Shown: positions 1 through 15,000 of the stretch, piece by piece
Layout of the letters: each line of letters begins with the position of its first letter
Numbering within the stretch: position 1 is the first letter of the stretch
Assembly (NCBI RefSeq): GCF_000150275.1
Contig: NW_002060944.1
Coordinates: forward strand, 8,890,159 to 8,954,158
Source of the DNA: Trichoplax adhaerens
Lineage: Eukaryota > Animalia > Placozoa
DNA: 64,000 nucleotides
Direction of reading: 5' to 3'
Position numbers and translations under genes: made by a program
Notes under the pieces: model-generated
Database searches by the model: none
What the model was told of the DNA's origin: nothing
What the model saw: the letters and a program-made list of their open reading frames with translations, nothing else

Positions 1-3000
1 CTGCTGATCAAAGCTTAATTACATTCTTGAACCTTACTTATTGTAACTGAAGAAGACGTTAGGTTTCTATCGTTCGCTGTATCAATGGCGATGCACCGAT
101 ATTTTCCGTTGTTAGCTGATGATAAACGAGTAATTACTAATACCGATTTCGTTATGGAATCAGACGTAGTGTTGACTATCATGATCTTCATGTTACTTCC
201 ATCTTGAATGATAGTGTTATTTATTGTCCAGGTGAGGGTAGATAAAGGACGTGAGTGAGCTTGGCATTCCATGCCCACAGTTGCATCAACATTGTATGTT
301 GAAAGATTAGATTTGATTTAAATGTTATCTAATGGAATATCTTGATAATAAAAAGTTATTATAGATAAATTAGACGAAAATATCAATATAAATTCCGCAA
401 TAAATTTACAAGTGAGTATTTCCATTTAAGATTTCTTTCGCACAAAGCCATATAACAAATTTGCAGGAACTACTGTCCGTATGATATATTTTAGTTGTGT
501 CAGTAAGTTTTACTAGAGCTGAATATATTTGGTATTAAATACTATTTTTTAAGCTATACTGGTATCAATTTTTTCTAAATATTACTTTTAACACCATGAA
601 TATCAGTATACGTATACTCAGATTCTTACTTGGGATATAAGATGATTCGCATTGCTGTCCGGTATAAGGAACATTGCAACTATTAGAATGATAGCAAGAA
701 CGCGATTTCAATGTTTAAATTTACTATCACAATTACTTTAAAATGTCCTTCATGTGCATTCGATTAAGTCTATTACTTTTGATACATTTATTCACTATAA
801 TGCCGGCGTTTACTGCGAATATTATTTTCAGTTTAAAGTTATAAGCAGAAATAACTGTACACTTCCGATAACTATTTCTAGCAAATATTAATTTACCTGC
901 AAACTGGTGCATTATTAGACTGATTGCATTGTCCTCGGTTGTTACAAATTTCAGGATAGCAGCTAATTTCTATAAGCGCATAAAAGAAATTGTAAATAAC
1001 GGATTTAGAGCGAAAATCCTCCTGATTTACATGTCTCATGTGTTGCCAAATCACTTTGGTATACGGCGATTTCTAATATCTCAGATATTTCAAAATAATG
1101 CGTTAATATAGTATTTGCTCGGTAAGTTCAACCATAGTAACGTCTGATAGCATTGGCCCATACTGCTCATATGTGTAAATATCCTATTACCTATAGCAAC
1201 TTCTTTAGTTTTCATTGTTATATTATGCAATTGGCCGAATGCATTATATTGATAATTAGCTTCGCATCGATAAATACCAATATCAGTTACTTTCAAACCA
1301 TTAATAACTAAAACAGACTTTTGCTCATAGTATGCAGAATAACCAATCCTTTTCATAGTGGTATAATGTTCTCCGATAGATAGAGGAATATTATTTTTAG
1401 TCCAGGTTATAAATGGTGAAGGATATGATGTAGTTTGACACTCTAACCCAATTATTTGACCCAGTCGATAGATATCTGTTACATTAGATTGAATCGAAAC
1501 TGCCCGAAGTGGAACATCTAAACATGTTGTCAAATCATAAGACGTTTTACATATGTTAATTACTGATAATTCAAGCAGGTTTCTTGACTTTACCATGACG
1601 GATAACAGTTTTGAACGTACATATTATCGATATACCACATGATTAATTAAAGATCTATTAAAATCAATTGAAAGATATTCATTCGCTACTTACATGGTTG
1701 CATGATTTCACAATGAGTTCCGATATAACCAATGTTACAATTGCTGTAAATAGGTGAATAATTGATATTACAACGATGATTGTAAAATTTTCGAAATCTA
1801 TTATTAATGTTTCCACAGTCTTATCAATCATTTCAAAAATATTGACTCTTGAAGCATTATGTACATTGCTTTTTCATGTTTCTCCTCAAAATTTAATCAT
1901 AATTTTACTGGACGTCTACAAACGATTTAAGATGAAGTAAGTGTAACATTACTTCTGCCTGTTCTTATAAGTTCGCTTAGCTATTTTTATTAAAGCAAAA
2001 TTTTTAAATTTACAATTAATATCTTAAATTAGAAGCTAGATATAATCTTTGTTCATAATACGATCCCGTAGAACAAGATTCTAAAGCTGATCTGCTAACA
2101 AACTATTAGATATATTTATTATAGATCATACAAGAGTATTAACTTTTCCAAACAGATCCACTGCACCAAGTATCACTTTAGATTATTAACTTAGTACGCC
2201 TAGAAATTTTATTATTTATTGATTGATAACCTGCAGATGGCCGTATCATTTACCATTGTACACTGGCCGTGATCGGAACAATACTTTGAAGAACAGTTGA
2301 ATCCTATTACAGAAAGTATTATCGAATATATATGATTATGATTTGTAGATAGCTATACCGATTAAAATTCTGTGTATTTGAATAGTTTACTCTTTTAATA
2401 CAGCAACAAAAAACAAAATTACTTATTCTAACACTTTGTTGCTGAAAAAATGAACAATGGCTTTCAACTTACTGATTGTTTGTGAATTGCTTGTGACTAG
2501 TTGACTATTGGCCATATTGGTTGCTTGGCAAGTATAGACGCCTTTATACGAGGGTATTGCATACCGTATGAAATACGTTGATTTAGTCACTAAGTTATTA
2601 GAGGAGTTGCCTTTAGTCATGTTTGGGTTTGCATAAACATAGATAGGTCTTCCATTTTTAAGCCAGCTTATAGTTGGTCGGGGTCGACCATAGGCAGAAC
2701 ATTCTAGCGTTATCATTTGTCCGATTGTTACTAAATTAACACTAGCTTCTAGTGTAACAGCCGAAGGTGGTATTTCTAATTTCAGTAAAAAAAAATAATA
2801 ATAATTCTTAATAAAACTATTTCATGAAATAGGCGAAATAGAAAACAATAAAAAAACCCTAAATATGCCGTTTAATTTTTAAGCTAGCATTAATGTGCTC
2901 AAAGCTATCGATTATTTCATTCAGTATGTCATTTTTATGTGAAAGCCGTTGTAGCTGATATTTGTTTAAATCATACATAATGCTGTCTATTATTTTATTG

Positions 3001-6000
3001 CCCTTTCAATTTTTAATCCCTTAATCATATTACTATAGATATATTTACGGTAGTAAATATTAAAACTGATTTACAATCTGTTATAATACACGTCTATAAT
3101 CACGCAGATACACGATGAGTGAATAAAATTTGCGTATATGTAAAACTTTGAACCATTTATATCCATCTATTACTAAGAATCGAAAAAGTGAAATCTTTTT
3201 GTTAATTTATACTATCTTTTGAATGATCAATTTCAAGATATATGATAATTAAGATATACATTAACTATTTTTACTGCTAATTGATATATAATACTTTTAT
3301 TTCGTCTAGTTACGATATTCGGTCAATTTTATGCTTAGTAACATACTTCAATAAGTTTTTTCTTTGATAATTTGATAATCTACATACCGGTGATACATTT
3401 TTGGCCATTCCAATAACCACTACTACAGATACAGGTATAACCTACCGATGGCTGCATGACGTTAGCACAAGTAGTATTAGATTGAATGCATGGAGAACTA
3501 GCACAAGGAGAAATTGCTGTACAAGTATTAACCAAAAAAGAAGATTTAGTTAATCTTCAGTTATATTGATTTTTTGGTAAGATCAGATTGCTAAATTAAG
3601 GGCAAAAGATTGCTGAGTATGTAATAACTAAAGATGGTTTAATAACATCGATCTACAAGTATTTTACTCTCACCTGTTTGACATGTGTAACTATAGTTTT
3701 TCAAATTTAAATGCAATAAGAAAACAAATATTCATTAGTTCGCATAATAGATATTAACAAGTCTCAGTTCTTCTATTTTATCTATCTACAAGATTTATTG
3801 ATAAATTATGTAATTATTATTTCTAATAAAATATGATAAATAAATAAATGAAATCTCAATTCAAGTGTACTTCTTACTTTGGTGGCAACTGTTTTGCATT
3901 TCGAAGGCTAGAATCTAAAGGCTCATCTGTATAATTTTGGAGTATTAACAATGAATTACAAACATTCTAAAAATATCCTGAGTAAATCTAAGTCCAATAA
4001 TATCTTACCAACGCATGATACATCAGAATGTATATTTATTGTATTTGGCCTGCATTTAGATCCTTGGTTTAATAATTCATTACTTTGTCCACAGTGGTTT
4101 AAGTTTGGCTCGTTACCAGTACAGTTAAAACTTCCAACAGCAATCCTAACGTTTTCATTTTGTATAAATCTCCACGGTCCCCATGATAACTGCATATTGG
4201 CAAAACCAAGTTGACGGCAGGCAACCTGAGCAGCACTATACTTCCATTGACTAGAACAAGTTGTTCCCCAAGCCTTATCTTTATAGACTTCCATTAACCC
4301 TTGATTGTACTTTACGCCGTCAGTTACACGAATTCCAATAACTTCAGAATCTGTATATACCATTATTTGGTAAAGTAGAAATTTATCATTACGATTGTAT
4401 AGTTCTATCCAATGTTCATACATTACTTGGTTTTATGCTTCAAAATACTTTTTTCTCTAGCAGTAAATAAAAAATCCAAGGTAATAATGCCATAACCATA
4501 TTTGCTCAAACTATTAGAAGCCATAACTTACAAAATAAACAGTTATAGCCACTGTAACCTTTCGGACATTCACAAGAGTAATAATTTTTATCGAGATGAT
4601 CCACACATATTGCTCTACCACTCGCCTGCGATGCACATGGATTGCTAGAACATGGAGTATAATCTAAAAGATGTTCATGAACAATTCGAATCGCATTTGA
4701 TCAGTAACACAAAATGGCTTAGACAGGCTATAATCACAGTAGTTAATAAAGACTGTACTAACATATTGCACAGTCTTTGCCAGTGTATAATGGATCGCAG
4801 ACACAATTATAAGTCGTCTCATTGCTGGAATGGCAGGTACCATGTCCGCTACATGGATTCTTGGTACTATCGCAGTAGGAATCTGTATTAATTTATAATG
4901 GATGGAATGTATTACTTGCAATAGATGTAAACATGTTGCATATATTTGTATTATCCTGCTTAAACGATTTGCTTAACTTCTAGTATTTAAATCCTTTCAA
5001 TTCATCAAGTACGAAATCTTCAATTAGCTTATTTAACTATACCGCATCATATTTTAGTTAACTTAGTTCATAATTGTAACATTATAGTTTCAGTTATTAT
5101 CAGTAGAAATGTTACTTTTACACAATTTCTGTATACAGAGACCAAAATAGAAACATACTTGTGCATTCTATAACTAGAGCTTTATTATACGAATTGCAGC
5201 GGCTAGGGTTGGGCAACGAGCGAGGACATTCAATAGGCGAGTTTTCAGTACCATTACATTTCAGATTACTAAACAATATTTTTCCAGTATTGCGATCATG
5301 GTTATAACTGAGTTGACGTACAAATTTCCCTTTTTTGACTGCTCGACAAATTACTTCACCGGAATTAGCAGTAAATCCATCAGAACATATACTGCCCCAT
5401 TCCCCATTAATAAATACTTGTACAAGCCCCGTATCAGAACTATAATACTGACTATTGAAGCGAACAGCGCCATTCGCTACTGGTCCAATTTGGCAATTAC
5501 TACCATAATAATCAGGAGGACATTCGCAGGTATATCCAGTTTCATTATAACCACTCATTTCTATACATGTAGCATTGTTAGGACACACACCAGCTGTGCA
5601 AGGGCTACCATAACATGCAACGCTAACAGAATTTTGCCTGCTACAATATTGCGAGCCACCCCACGGATTACGTTGGCAGTTAGACAAACTAATTTCATCT
5701 CCTCTGCAAGTAATATTACTCAGTAATATGCTTTGTGGATATCCATAACGAGAGCAACACCAATTAGATGAAAAACCTTTAAATCCCAACTGTTTACAAG
5801 CCACTTGACCCACTTCTTTGGTAAAACGATAATCACAGATGCCTCCCCATGTGCCGTTATACAACACTTCCAAGCGACCAGTATAACGATTAGGTCCTCC
5901 AACTATTCTAGCTGGTTCGGCAACTAATGCTATAGATCAAAAAATGGTTTTATGGCCTTAGAATAGATGACTTTGTTACATTTTATTTATACAATAATAT

Positions 6001-9000
6001 AATGTAAGCTTTGATAGATGATTATAAAATTAAATGCTAGGATAAATGTAGTTAGATAGCGTCAGAGTGATGGTTAAATGGCGTTATTTTAACACTATTT
6101 CTATGTTTATTACCTGTCTCGCAATTTCTTCCTGTATAGCTTGGATGACAGGTACATCGATAAAACGGTTTAGATTTCAGTCGTTCACATACACCGCTAA
6201 TACAAGGTGAGCTTTCGCAAGCGTTGCCTACATTAAGAAATGGAATCATTTATATAAGAATTATCACTATGATATAAATTAGATTATACTTTATTCTAAT
6301 TAAGTTAAGAAAGATTCTAGTACCCAACTCTTTTCCATCTGTAAGCTCACCTGAACAATCGATACCTATCAGATCATTGTAATCACACTGACCAGGAATA
6401 TGGCGATTAAGATTACATTTTGTTATAGAATCTTCATTTCCAGTTTTACATGTTACACCACCTTAGAGAAAACAAAATCATCAATGAAACACTTACGAAA
6501 AAAGTTTTATTAAATTTTAACTGTACTAGACCCAAACTGCAGATACGGAAGCTAATGTTTACTTGGAAGAAATGAAGGCATGTAGGTCGTGACCTAAAAA
6601 GGAATTGATTGACAAATTACCGTACTTTGGCAAATGCGACTCACCATAAATTATTTTTCCCGGGACTGGACCAAAATATGAGCTTTTGTAATACGCAGTA
6701 GCATAAGGGAAATTTAATTGCCTACATATAACGCTAGCAGCTTGTATATTAAATGTAGTCTCATCACATATAGAGCCCCAAGTTCCATTCTGATATATTT
6801 GGACAGTTCCTTGTCTAACGTTATTGTCACCTATTCTAGATGATAGTCTAACATCTCCATTCATCACTCCTATAATTAGTGAGAGTTTCAAAAACAGTCA
6901 TTTTTCACTTTGCTTTGGCTATAATAAATCTGTATTATATAACTTATAAATAATTTACTCGTATATAGCAAAATTTGTACTAAGTTTTATTAATAGTTGC
7001 ATTACTATCATTTACAAATATTAGATAGTATAAAAAAAGTGTTTGTGATATTTGAATTATAGCTTAGCTTATTTATCACAATGCATATCGAAATAAAATT
7101 ATTGTACACCGCAATTTCAACTATAATGATACCCAAAACATTTACCATCATATTAATAATATATTTGCATAGATGAATAGATATTATAATTTAGTTTCCT
7201 ACTTTCTGAACAATTCTGTCCGTGGAATCCATCAGGACAGTAACAACTATAGCCATAAGGTAGATCTTGACAAGTTGCATTGCTTCCACATGGATTCATG
7301 CTACACAATAATTCTGTAATGATTGTAAACAGTCAACGAATAAACTTCTCTATTTTGTTAAGTTATGGAGAATCTCATTGTAATGAAACGAAGTACTAGT
7401 TGTTTTGAATCGCTACAAAATAATGCAACATTATTAAAGTAAAGCATCAATTAACTTACTGCTTTGGCTTTGCTTTCCTGTAAAATTAGGTGGGCATCGG
7501 CAATTATATTTATAAGTTCCCGGACCATTATTACTGCCTATACAAGTACCGCCGTTGCTACATGGATTGCTGTAGCACGCATTGTCTAAAACAATATCAT
7601 TCAAATTATGAACATATTATTATTCCTGCACTTACTACAAGGTAAAATTATAAAGCTATAATATGCTCCTCTTAATTGGAGCTTAGGGAAATTGTAGAAA
7701 TGTGATAATTTGTTTAGACTATGCTTACTACTCAGTACTGGAAATGTTTGTAAAGTAAAACGCTGATTCTTCTAGGATGGAATACTAAAAATTATTACTT
7801 GCCCCGGCAGTTGATGCCTGCGACATTATTATAGTTGCACGTCGAATCAATGGATAAGCAATTACAATCAATAAGTCTTGATTCATCGCCTTTGCAGTTT
7901 AGCCCGTGAAGCCAAAATGTTCCACTATGAAACCCGAAATTAGAACAGCAAAAATAATCTTGCATTCCAATAAATCCTAGTTGTTTACAAGCAACTTCGG
8001 CCGCCTTCTTTGTAAATCCTATATCACAAACGGCTCCCCAACTATTACTGTGGTATATTTCTAAGTTTCCAGAGCTGGTAGTTCCGTTTTTAAGGCGTAA
8101 GGTTCCTTCAGCAACTATAAAGTTTTAATGATTGTATTATTAGTGGCGCCTAAGTCAGTTATTACTGTTACAAAAACGATTAAATCGACAAAGAGCAAAG
8201 GCTCTCACTGGATTCGCAGTTTCTTCCAGTAAACCCATTTAGACATCTGCAATAGTAGTCTAATCCATCGGCAAGGCAAGTTCCATTGTTTGCACAAGGA
8301 TATGGTACACAGGGATGCGCTATAACAAATTTGAAATGCAGGCAAATATACTCGAATTAGATTTAGTACAGTTTTACAGTACTTTACTGCTAAATATAGA
8401 TAGTACTCCAATTTTCGTTTAACTTATCAGAGAATTTGGCCAGTAGGAATTAAAAAAGAATTTTCTTTCATTATCATGATTAAACTTACTGCTGCATATT
8501 ACACCAAGATCGTTTCCGTGATTGCATTCTGACGACATATTAGTTACATTCTGGAAAAGGCAACTCGTCGTACTGGGCGCATTAACCGAGCAATTTGACG
8601 ATAGTATCCCCAAAGAAGCTTTTCCAGTACCAAAATAAGCGTTATAAACGGTTTCAGTATAGCTGTATTTATATTGATAGCAAACCGCTCTTCCAATATC
8701 GCCAATAGATGCTGAGCCACATATTGTGTTCCATTGATTACCGCGGTAAATTTCAATCCGACCTTCTGTAATCGTTTTACCATTTCGAAGTCTGATATCT
8801 CCTTCAAATGGCGGTCCTAGAATGTTTCATGAAAAGTATTTTAACGTCATATTTGATTATTTTAATCTAACAGCTTGACAATATATTCGTATGTATTTTA
8901 CTTACTATTTTATCTTTTACATTACTGTGATGTAAATTATTGATTGGATGTTGAATTCTACTAATCTACTAGTCAAGTCTTGCAATTACGTAATCAGAAC

Positions 9001-12000
9001 TTACCAAGATAAGTTTCACAGCGTAAACCAGTGAAATACTCATGGCAATCACATTTGAATCCGTAGGCCATATTGCGACATACTCCTAAATTACAACTTA
9101 TCCCATGACATGGATTATACACTATAGCGAGTACAAGCGAAAAATAATTGATAGTCAATACATAATACAATTAAGTAATACGTATAATCTAATTTCCCGA
9201 TATTTACGGTACCATTAACTAATTATTAATTCTCTAATTTGCAGTTTATCTGATATTTAACAGTAGATGGGCTCAGATACTATTCAGGTTACAGTAAAAA
9301 TAGCGGTAGAAGTCTTTGTTTTCGTAACTAATTTTGACTTTGGAAAAAAAGACATTTGTTCTACGATAATGCTTACATGAAGCACAGCTTACTCCAATAG
9401 CGTTCTCTTTTTGGCATACTCCAGTTGTGGTAATATTATCTAGAGAGTATTGGCATTGGGAAATCGAAAATTCATAGCCAGTGCAGCGAAGATTTCTAAT
9501 CATTCTACCAGTTAGACTTTCTCCGTAGCGGTTACTATATATAAGACTTTTACCATAACGTAGCTGCTGGCAAACAACATTAGCTGCAGATGTAGTAAAG
9601 TTATCATTACAGATACTATACCAATTTCCGTGCAAATATACTCTAACACGGCCTGTACTGTCCGGAGAAGTGACTGATGGCCTAACTAAATCTATGTCGC
9701 CATGCTTAGCAGGTCCTAAATTGAAGGAGTTCATATAGATAAGTATTGAGTAATTTACATATAATCTTGATTGAAATTATTCGATTTATAATAAGAAATT
9801 TAATCACTGAATTTTCTAGCATAGCAAAATTATAATATCATAGTGTAATGATTGAAGTAAAGGTACACAACGATTTTTAAGTGCATATTGCCAATGCATA
9901 GGAGTATAAGAAAGTACTTTAACTTTTCTCATGTTACCTTTTTCACAACTGCTGCCAAAATAAGCCTGCTGACATTGGCACTCATAGTAGCTAAGGATAA
10001 CACCCGCGAAGGTCGGATGTGCGCGAAACTTATTAGTACAGGTACCACCGTGCAGGCATGGATTGCTATCGCAAACTGATTGATATTGGCAACGATTTCC
10101 GTAATAACCTGGCGGACATATGCAATACTGATGATACGATGTAACATCATCTGCAATGGATGTGTTGTAAGTACATGTTCCTCGATCACAATAGCCCGGA
10201 GGGCAAAGTTGACCTAGAACGCAACGAATGGATTCAAAAACAAATCAAAATTATACGAAGATCGAAGGATTTTATATTTTCATATCCGACGCAATAAGAT
10301 AAAATCTAATCAAAATTTAAGTAGCATATGAACGACTAAGTTGTAATAGAATTTTAGCGATGATTTTTGTCTATTGTGGCTCATAACCTTTAAACCTTCA
10401 ACTTACGTGTGCAATAAAGGCGAATGTTACCATCGCATAAATTTGCGTCTGTTTCGTATGTAAGTTTGCATTGCGTTATTTTTTTCTCTTTATCGGTACA
10501 TTGTGCTTTTGTAACCCAAATTTTGTTATGAGTGCTCATGTTTTTATGGCAACAACTACGAGATAAATAGTCTGTGAAGCCCATTTGTCGACATAAAATT
10601 CTGCCTTCTATTGCGGAAAAACCATTTAAACAAAATCCGCCCCAGATACCATTATGATAGAGTAAAGGAACACCATATGCCTTATTATAGGCGTAATCGA
10701 CTTTATATGCCAGCTGAATACTGCCTTCCACTGGTGGAACTACATTCATAGAATATCATCAGTTGGTATTTATCTTAATTATTCATCATTTAAATCTTTC
10801 TGGAACTAAAGTGGTATAATTTATCATCGTCATATGAATTGCGATTAAGGTTATTCTAGTAAATTTACCATATACTGACTTAAATCAATATTAATTATAG
10901 TTCAATTTAATTACCATATTTTGTTTCACAGTATTGTCCGGTAAAGCCAGCTGGACATCGACATTGATAATTTGGAGAATTATACATTGGTATGCAATAC
11001 TTGTTGTAAGATTTACAGTTACTGACTTGATTATCCCGACAATAGAAGTTACTCACTGTAAAGACATATGGTTCAACATATATTGCCGATATAAGTAAAT
11101 ATTAGGTAATATTATTAGTAGCAAAGCCCTACACGATTTAAATGATATAAAGCACTCGAATAAAGCTTAATGAACTCACAGGAGCATCTGATGTAAAAAT
11201 CTTGCCCATGGTCTTGGCATTCGTTCGGAACACTATGCCAACCCGCACTATCACACTGATACAAATTTCTCGCATTTCCAGTACAGCTTACATTGCTTAA
11301 CATTACTGGTCCTAGCATATCAGTAGATTGTCGAAAATCAAACGAGGAGTAGCTGGAGTACCCTAACATAATGCACATTTTTCCAGCTAGTTCGTATCGA
11401 TTTTGAGCGTTGCATACAGTTCCCCAAGTGCCATTATAAAATACTTGTACGAAGCCTTCGTAGTCTTTAGTATCGTCATCAGAATCTAATCGGATATCTC
11501 CATCTTTCTGATAACCTGAAATAAGATAATGCATAAATAATTATCTCAATATCACAAAAGTAATTCCCAATTATTATTGATATTACTTATGAAATTTTAA
11601 AATAAACGCCAATTTTACTTTTTACGTTCTGCTCCTACAACTTCATCTAGCAATAAATTTAAGAATTGGCCCACGTTTTTACCTGTACATGTTATCTTCA
11701 CGATTTTGTCTGAGCAACCTTTAGGATCTTTAATAGACTGATAAGGGCATTCAATAATAGATTTTTCATTACCTACACATCTCAGATTATATTTTGGAAG
11801 GCGGCTATAATACAAACTGCTGTTGTTGGTGTTATTACTGCCAGCACTAATTATACGTGAGCTAGCGAAGACGTAGCCCATTTGCCGGCATATTACTCGT
11901 AAATCTTTCTCTGTCACCGTATCGCTGCACACAGTAGCCCATTGATTATCTAGAAAAATTTCTGCTTTTCCATTTAATCGCGTAGAACCGTTTACAAGTG

Positions 12001-15000
12001 TCGCGAAACCGGGAGTTACTGAAGCTAAAGATGGAAGTTTCCATTATAGATTCATATTTAATCATAGCAGGGGACGCAAACATTAATTGATATTATTATG
12101 ATTGATCTCATGTGCAGAAGAAGAGTATTTCATGATTAGCTCAGAGCGACTGTATTTTACGTATATACTCTACTGTACATAAACTAAATTCAAAACTAAG
12201 AATATTTAGACAAATACTGTAGTAATTGTGCTGGCAAATTTCGAAATTATCTTATCAATGGTAATAGAATGCCACTTAATTATTTACTACTTTATTAACT
12301 TACAAGTATTGAATTGGCACATAGTACCAGCATATTGATTGGTGCAGTTGCAACGATATCCGTAGAACATATTGATACATTTGCCATCGTTTTGGCAAGG
12401 ATTAGATGCACAATTATCAGTTGCTGTTTATATAATCGCACCGAAGTCGAAAAATAATTCAAAATAGTTAGTAGTTGTGCGAAAATAGTTTATACTTTTA
12501 GATCAGTCATTCCATGTTAGGATACAAGCTATGATCATTTTTAACTCGAATCTACTACATTTTTATGTGTGTAAACTAAGAAATAGGTTCTATCGTCTTA
12601 ATTACGCAGAATTACTTACTTGAACATTGAACTCCAACATACAGATCTCGGCAATAATTGTTAGAATCGAAGTTAAAATAGGGACATTCTGATAAAGATG
12701 TTTCATAGCCGGTACATTGTCCATTGCTTGCACCGTAAGAATATGAAGGATAGCCATATGATATACCATATGAAATTGCTAATGCACCGGCTAAGTTATT
12801 GCTTTGACAAATTACATGAGCAACAGCCATTGTCATTCCATCTCTGCAAAGAGCCCTCGAACCAAAACGTGAATAAAGTCGTACGCGTCCGTAAGTTCTG
12901 TATGAGGAGCCATCCATTAATGCTACAGAGCCTCTTCTATATGGTCCTTTCGTAATTAAATTACAACATTGATTTTGATTATATTAAATTCACATTAAAC
13001 TAAATTATCATTAAACAGAAAGACTTCTATCTGCTTTGAAAAAGCCTTGGTGAAAATATTTTACCAGATTGACTACAGTTTACCTAAATCACAGCGTTTC
13101 CCTACGTACGGATAGCGACAAGCACACCTAAATTCAGTAACATTATGTACGGAGCAGGTTGCGCTGTCTTTGCAAGGATTAATAAAGCAAGGATCTCTAT
13201 ATTGGCAATTTTCACCAATGTAGCCAGGCATACATGAACAAGAATAGGAAATAATTGTAGGATTTGTACCATTCATTGACAATGTACAATTTCCGCCGTT
13301 CTGACAAGGATTCGGATTACAAGTTGCTCCTAACGGAAAATTTTCCAACTCAGTACAATTGAAGACAAGCAAGTACATTATTTACCGGGCATACCCATTC
13401 TATCAGGCATGAAACCACAACTTACGCGATAGTAGTTACAATTGCTAATAAAATTCAGCTTTAACAAATCTACAGAGAGTACTACGGTGATAAAATATGC
13501 TGAAATAATAGTTTAATTTACATTCGAATTTGCAGATTTAATTATAAAATGAAATATATATATGTCGTACCGTTATAACTCTTCAGCATTTATGATTTCG
13601 AATAGGATTATTTTTGTAAAGAATTCTTGCACTATCATTTAAACTGGCTATAAAATAGTATTAAAAATTAGTTTATCCATTTGACAACTGACGTTGACAT
13701 TCCACTTTCATTGGCCTATTGCAATTATTTGTATTTGTACCATACATAAAAGAGCACTGGTTGATTGCTGATGCATCAGAACTGCAATGCATGTCTTTGA
13801 CCCAAATTTTAGAATTATAAACAGAAGAACAGCAGGTAGAAGACTTTTTTCCAGCAGAAAAGCCTAGTTGCCTACAAGCCGCCATGGCCACGTTTTCGTC
13901 GTTACTATCACAGATTCCACCCCAATAACCTTTATAAAAGATTTCTAGTATCCCAGAAGAAGTTTTATTTGATGCGGGAGAGATAATAGTATAGTTCTGA
14001 TTTCTTATACGTATGGCTCCGGAAGATGCTTCTGCGATAATAAAAGGATAAATGAATTATTGGTCTACATCATATGGAGAGTTAGTAGTATATGTGTTTA
14101 AATAACTTCTATTTCGTTTGTATTAAGTCATAAGCAATAAAACCGCGATTATGCGTAAGAATTTACAGAGTAAAACCATAACAATTGATTTATTTATTTA
14201 TACGCAGTAGTGTGCAGACTATACCCATTACTTAATTCTAAGAGGGTGTATCAAAACATCTGAGTACATTAGTGAAATATAAAATCAATTCCTTAAATAT
14301 TGCCAATAAGCCGCAGATTTATAGTTATCCAGCAATACAATCTAACTATAGTATGAAAGTGATCATTCCGCTTTGGTCAACAGCCTGGAATCTTGTACAA
14401 TTTAAGGCTGCTATTATTATTTACCTATATATGTTTCACATTTTGTGCCAGTATAACCTTTCGGACAATAACATGAATATCCAGAACTTGCTGGTTGACA
14501 CAATTTATTTGATATTGCACATTGACTTCTCTCGTAGCTAGAACAGCTTCCATAATCTGAACATTTAGAATAAAACCAATCATGAACATTATTAAGACAC
14601 TCTTGACCAAATGTACAGACTTTATTTTACGCTATTTAAAGAGAGCATACCTCTATTTATGTACGCTTAAAACAATTCTAATAAGCATATGCTTATCTGA
14701 ATTAAAAACGATATTAAATATCAATAAAATAATTCATAAGATGTAAATAATTCTGTGCGAAACATTAAAATTTTAATAATTGTTATACATTTGTATGCAG
14801 GCACAGAATTTTGTTATTATGTAACTTAATTTGATTCTGAAATGATATACTGCGATTGACCTATCGATAGGAAATATTTCTAGACACTTCTAGTTCAGTT
14901 TGGATAAATGACAATAACTTATCTCGCATTGTTTTTCAACATTATTCAATATTGAGGTTATGTTTTACCGATTGGATAAACTCGATTAAGGACTTCTTTG

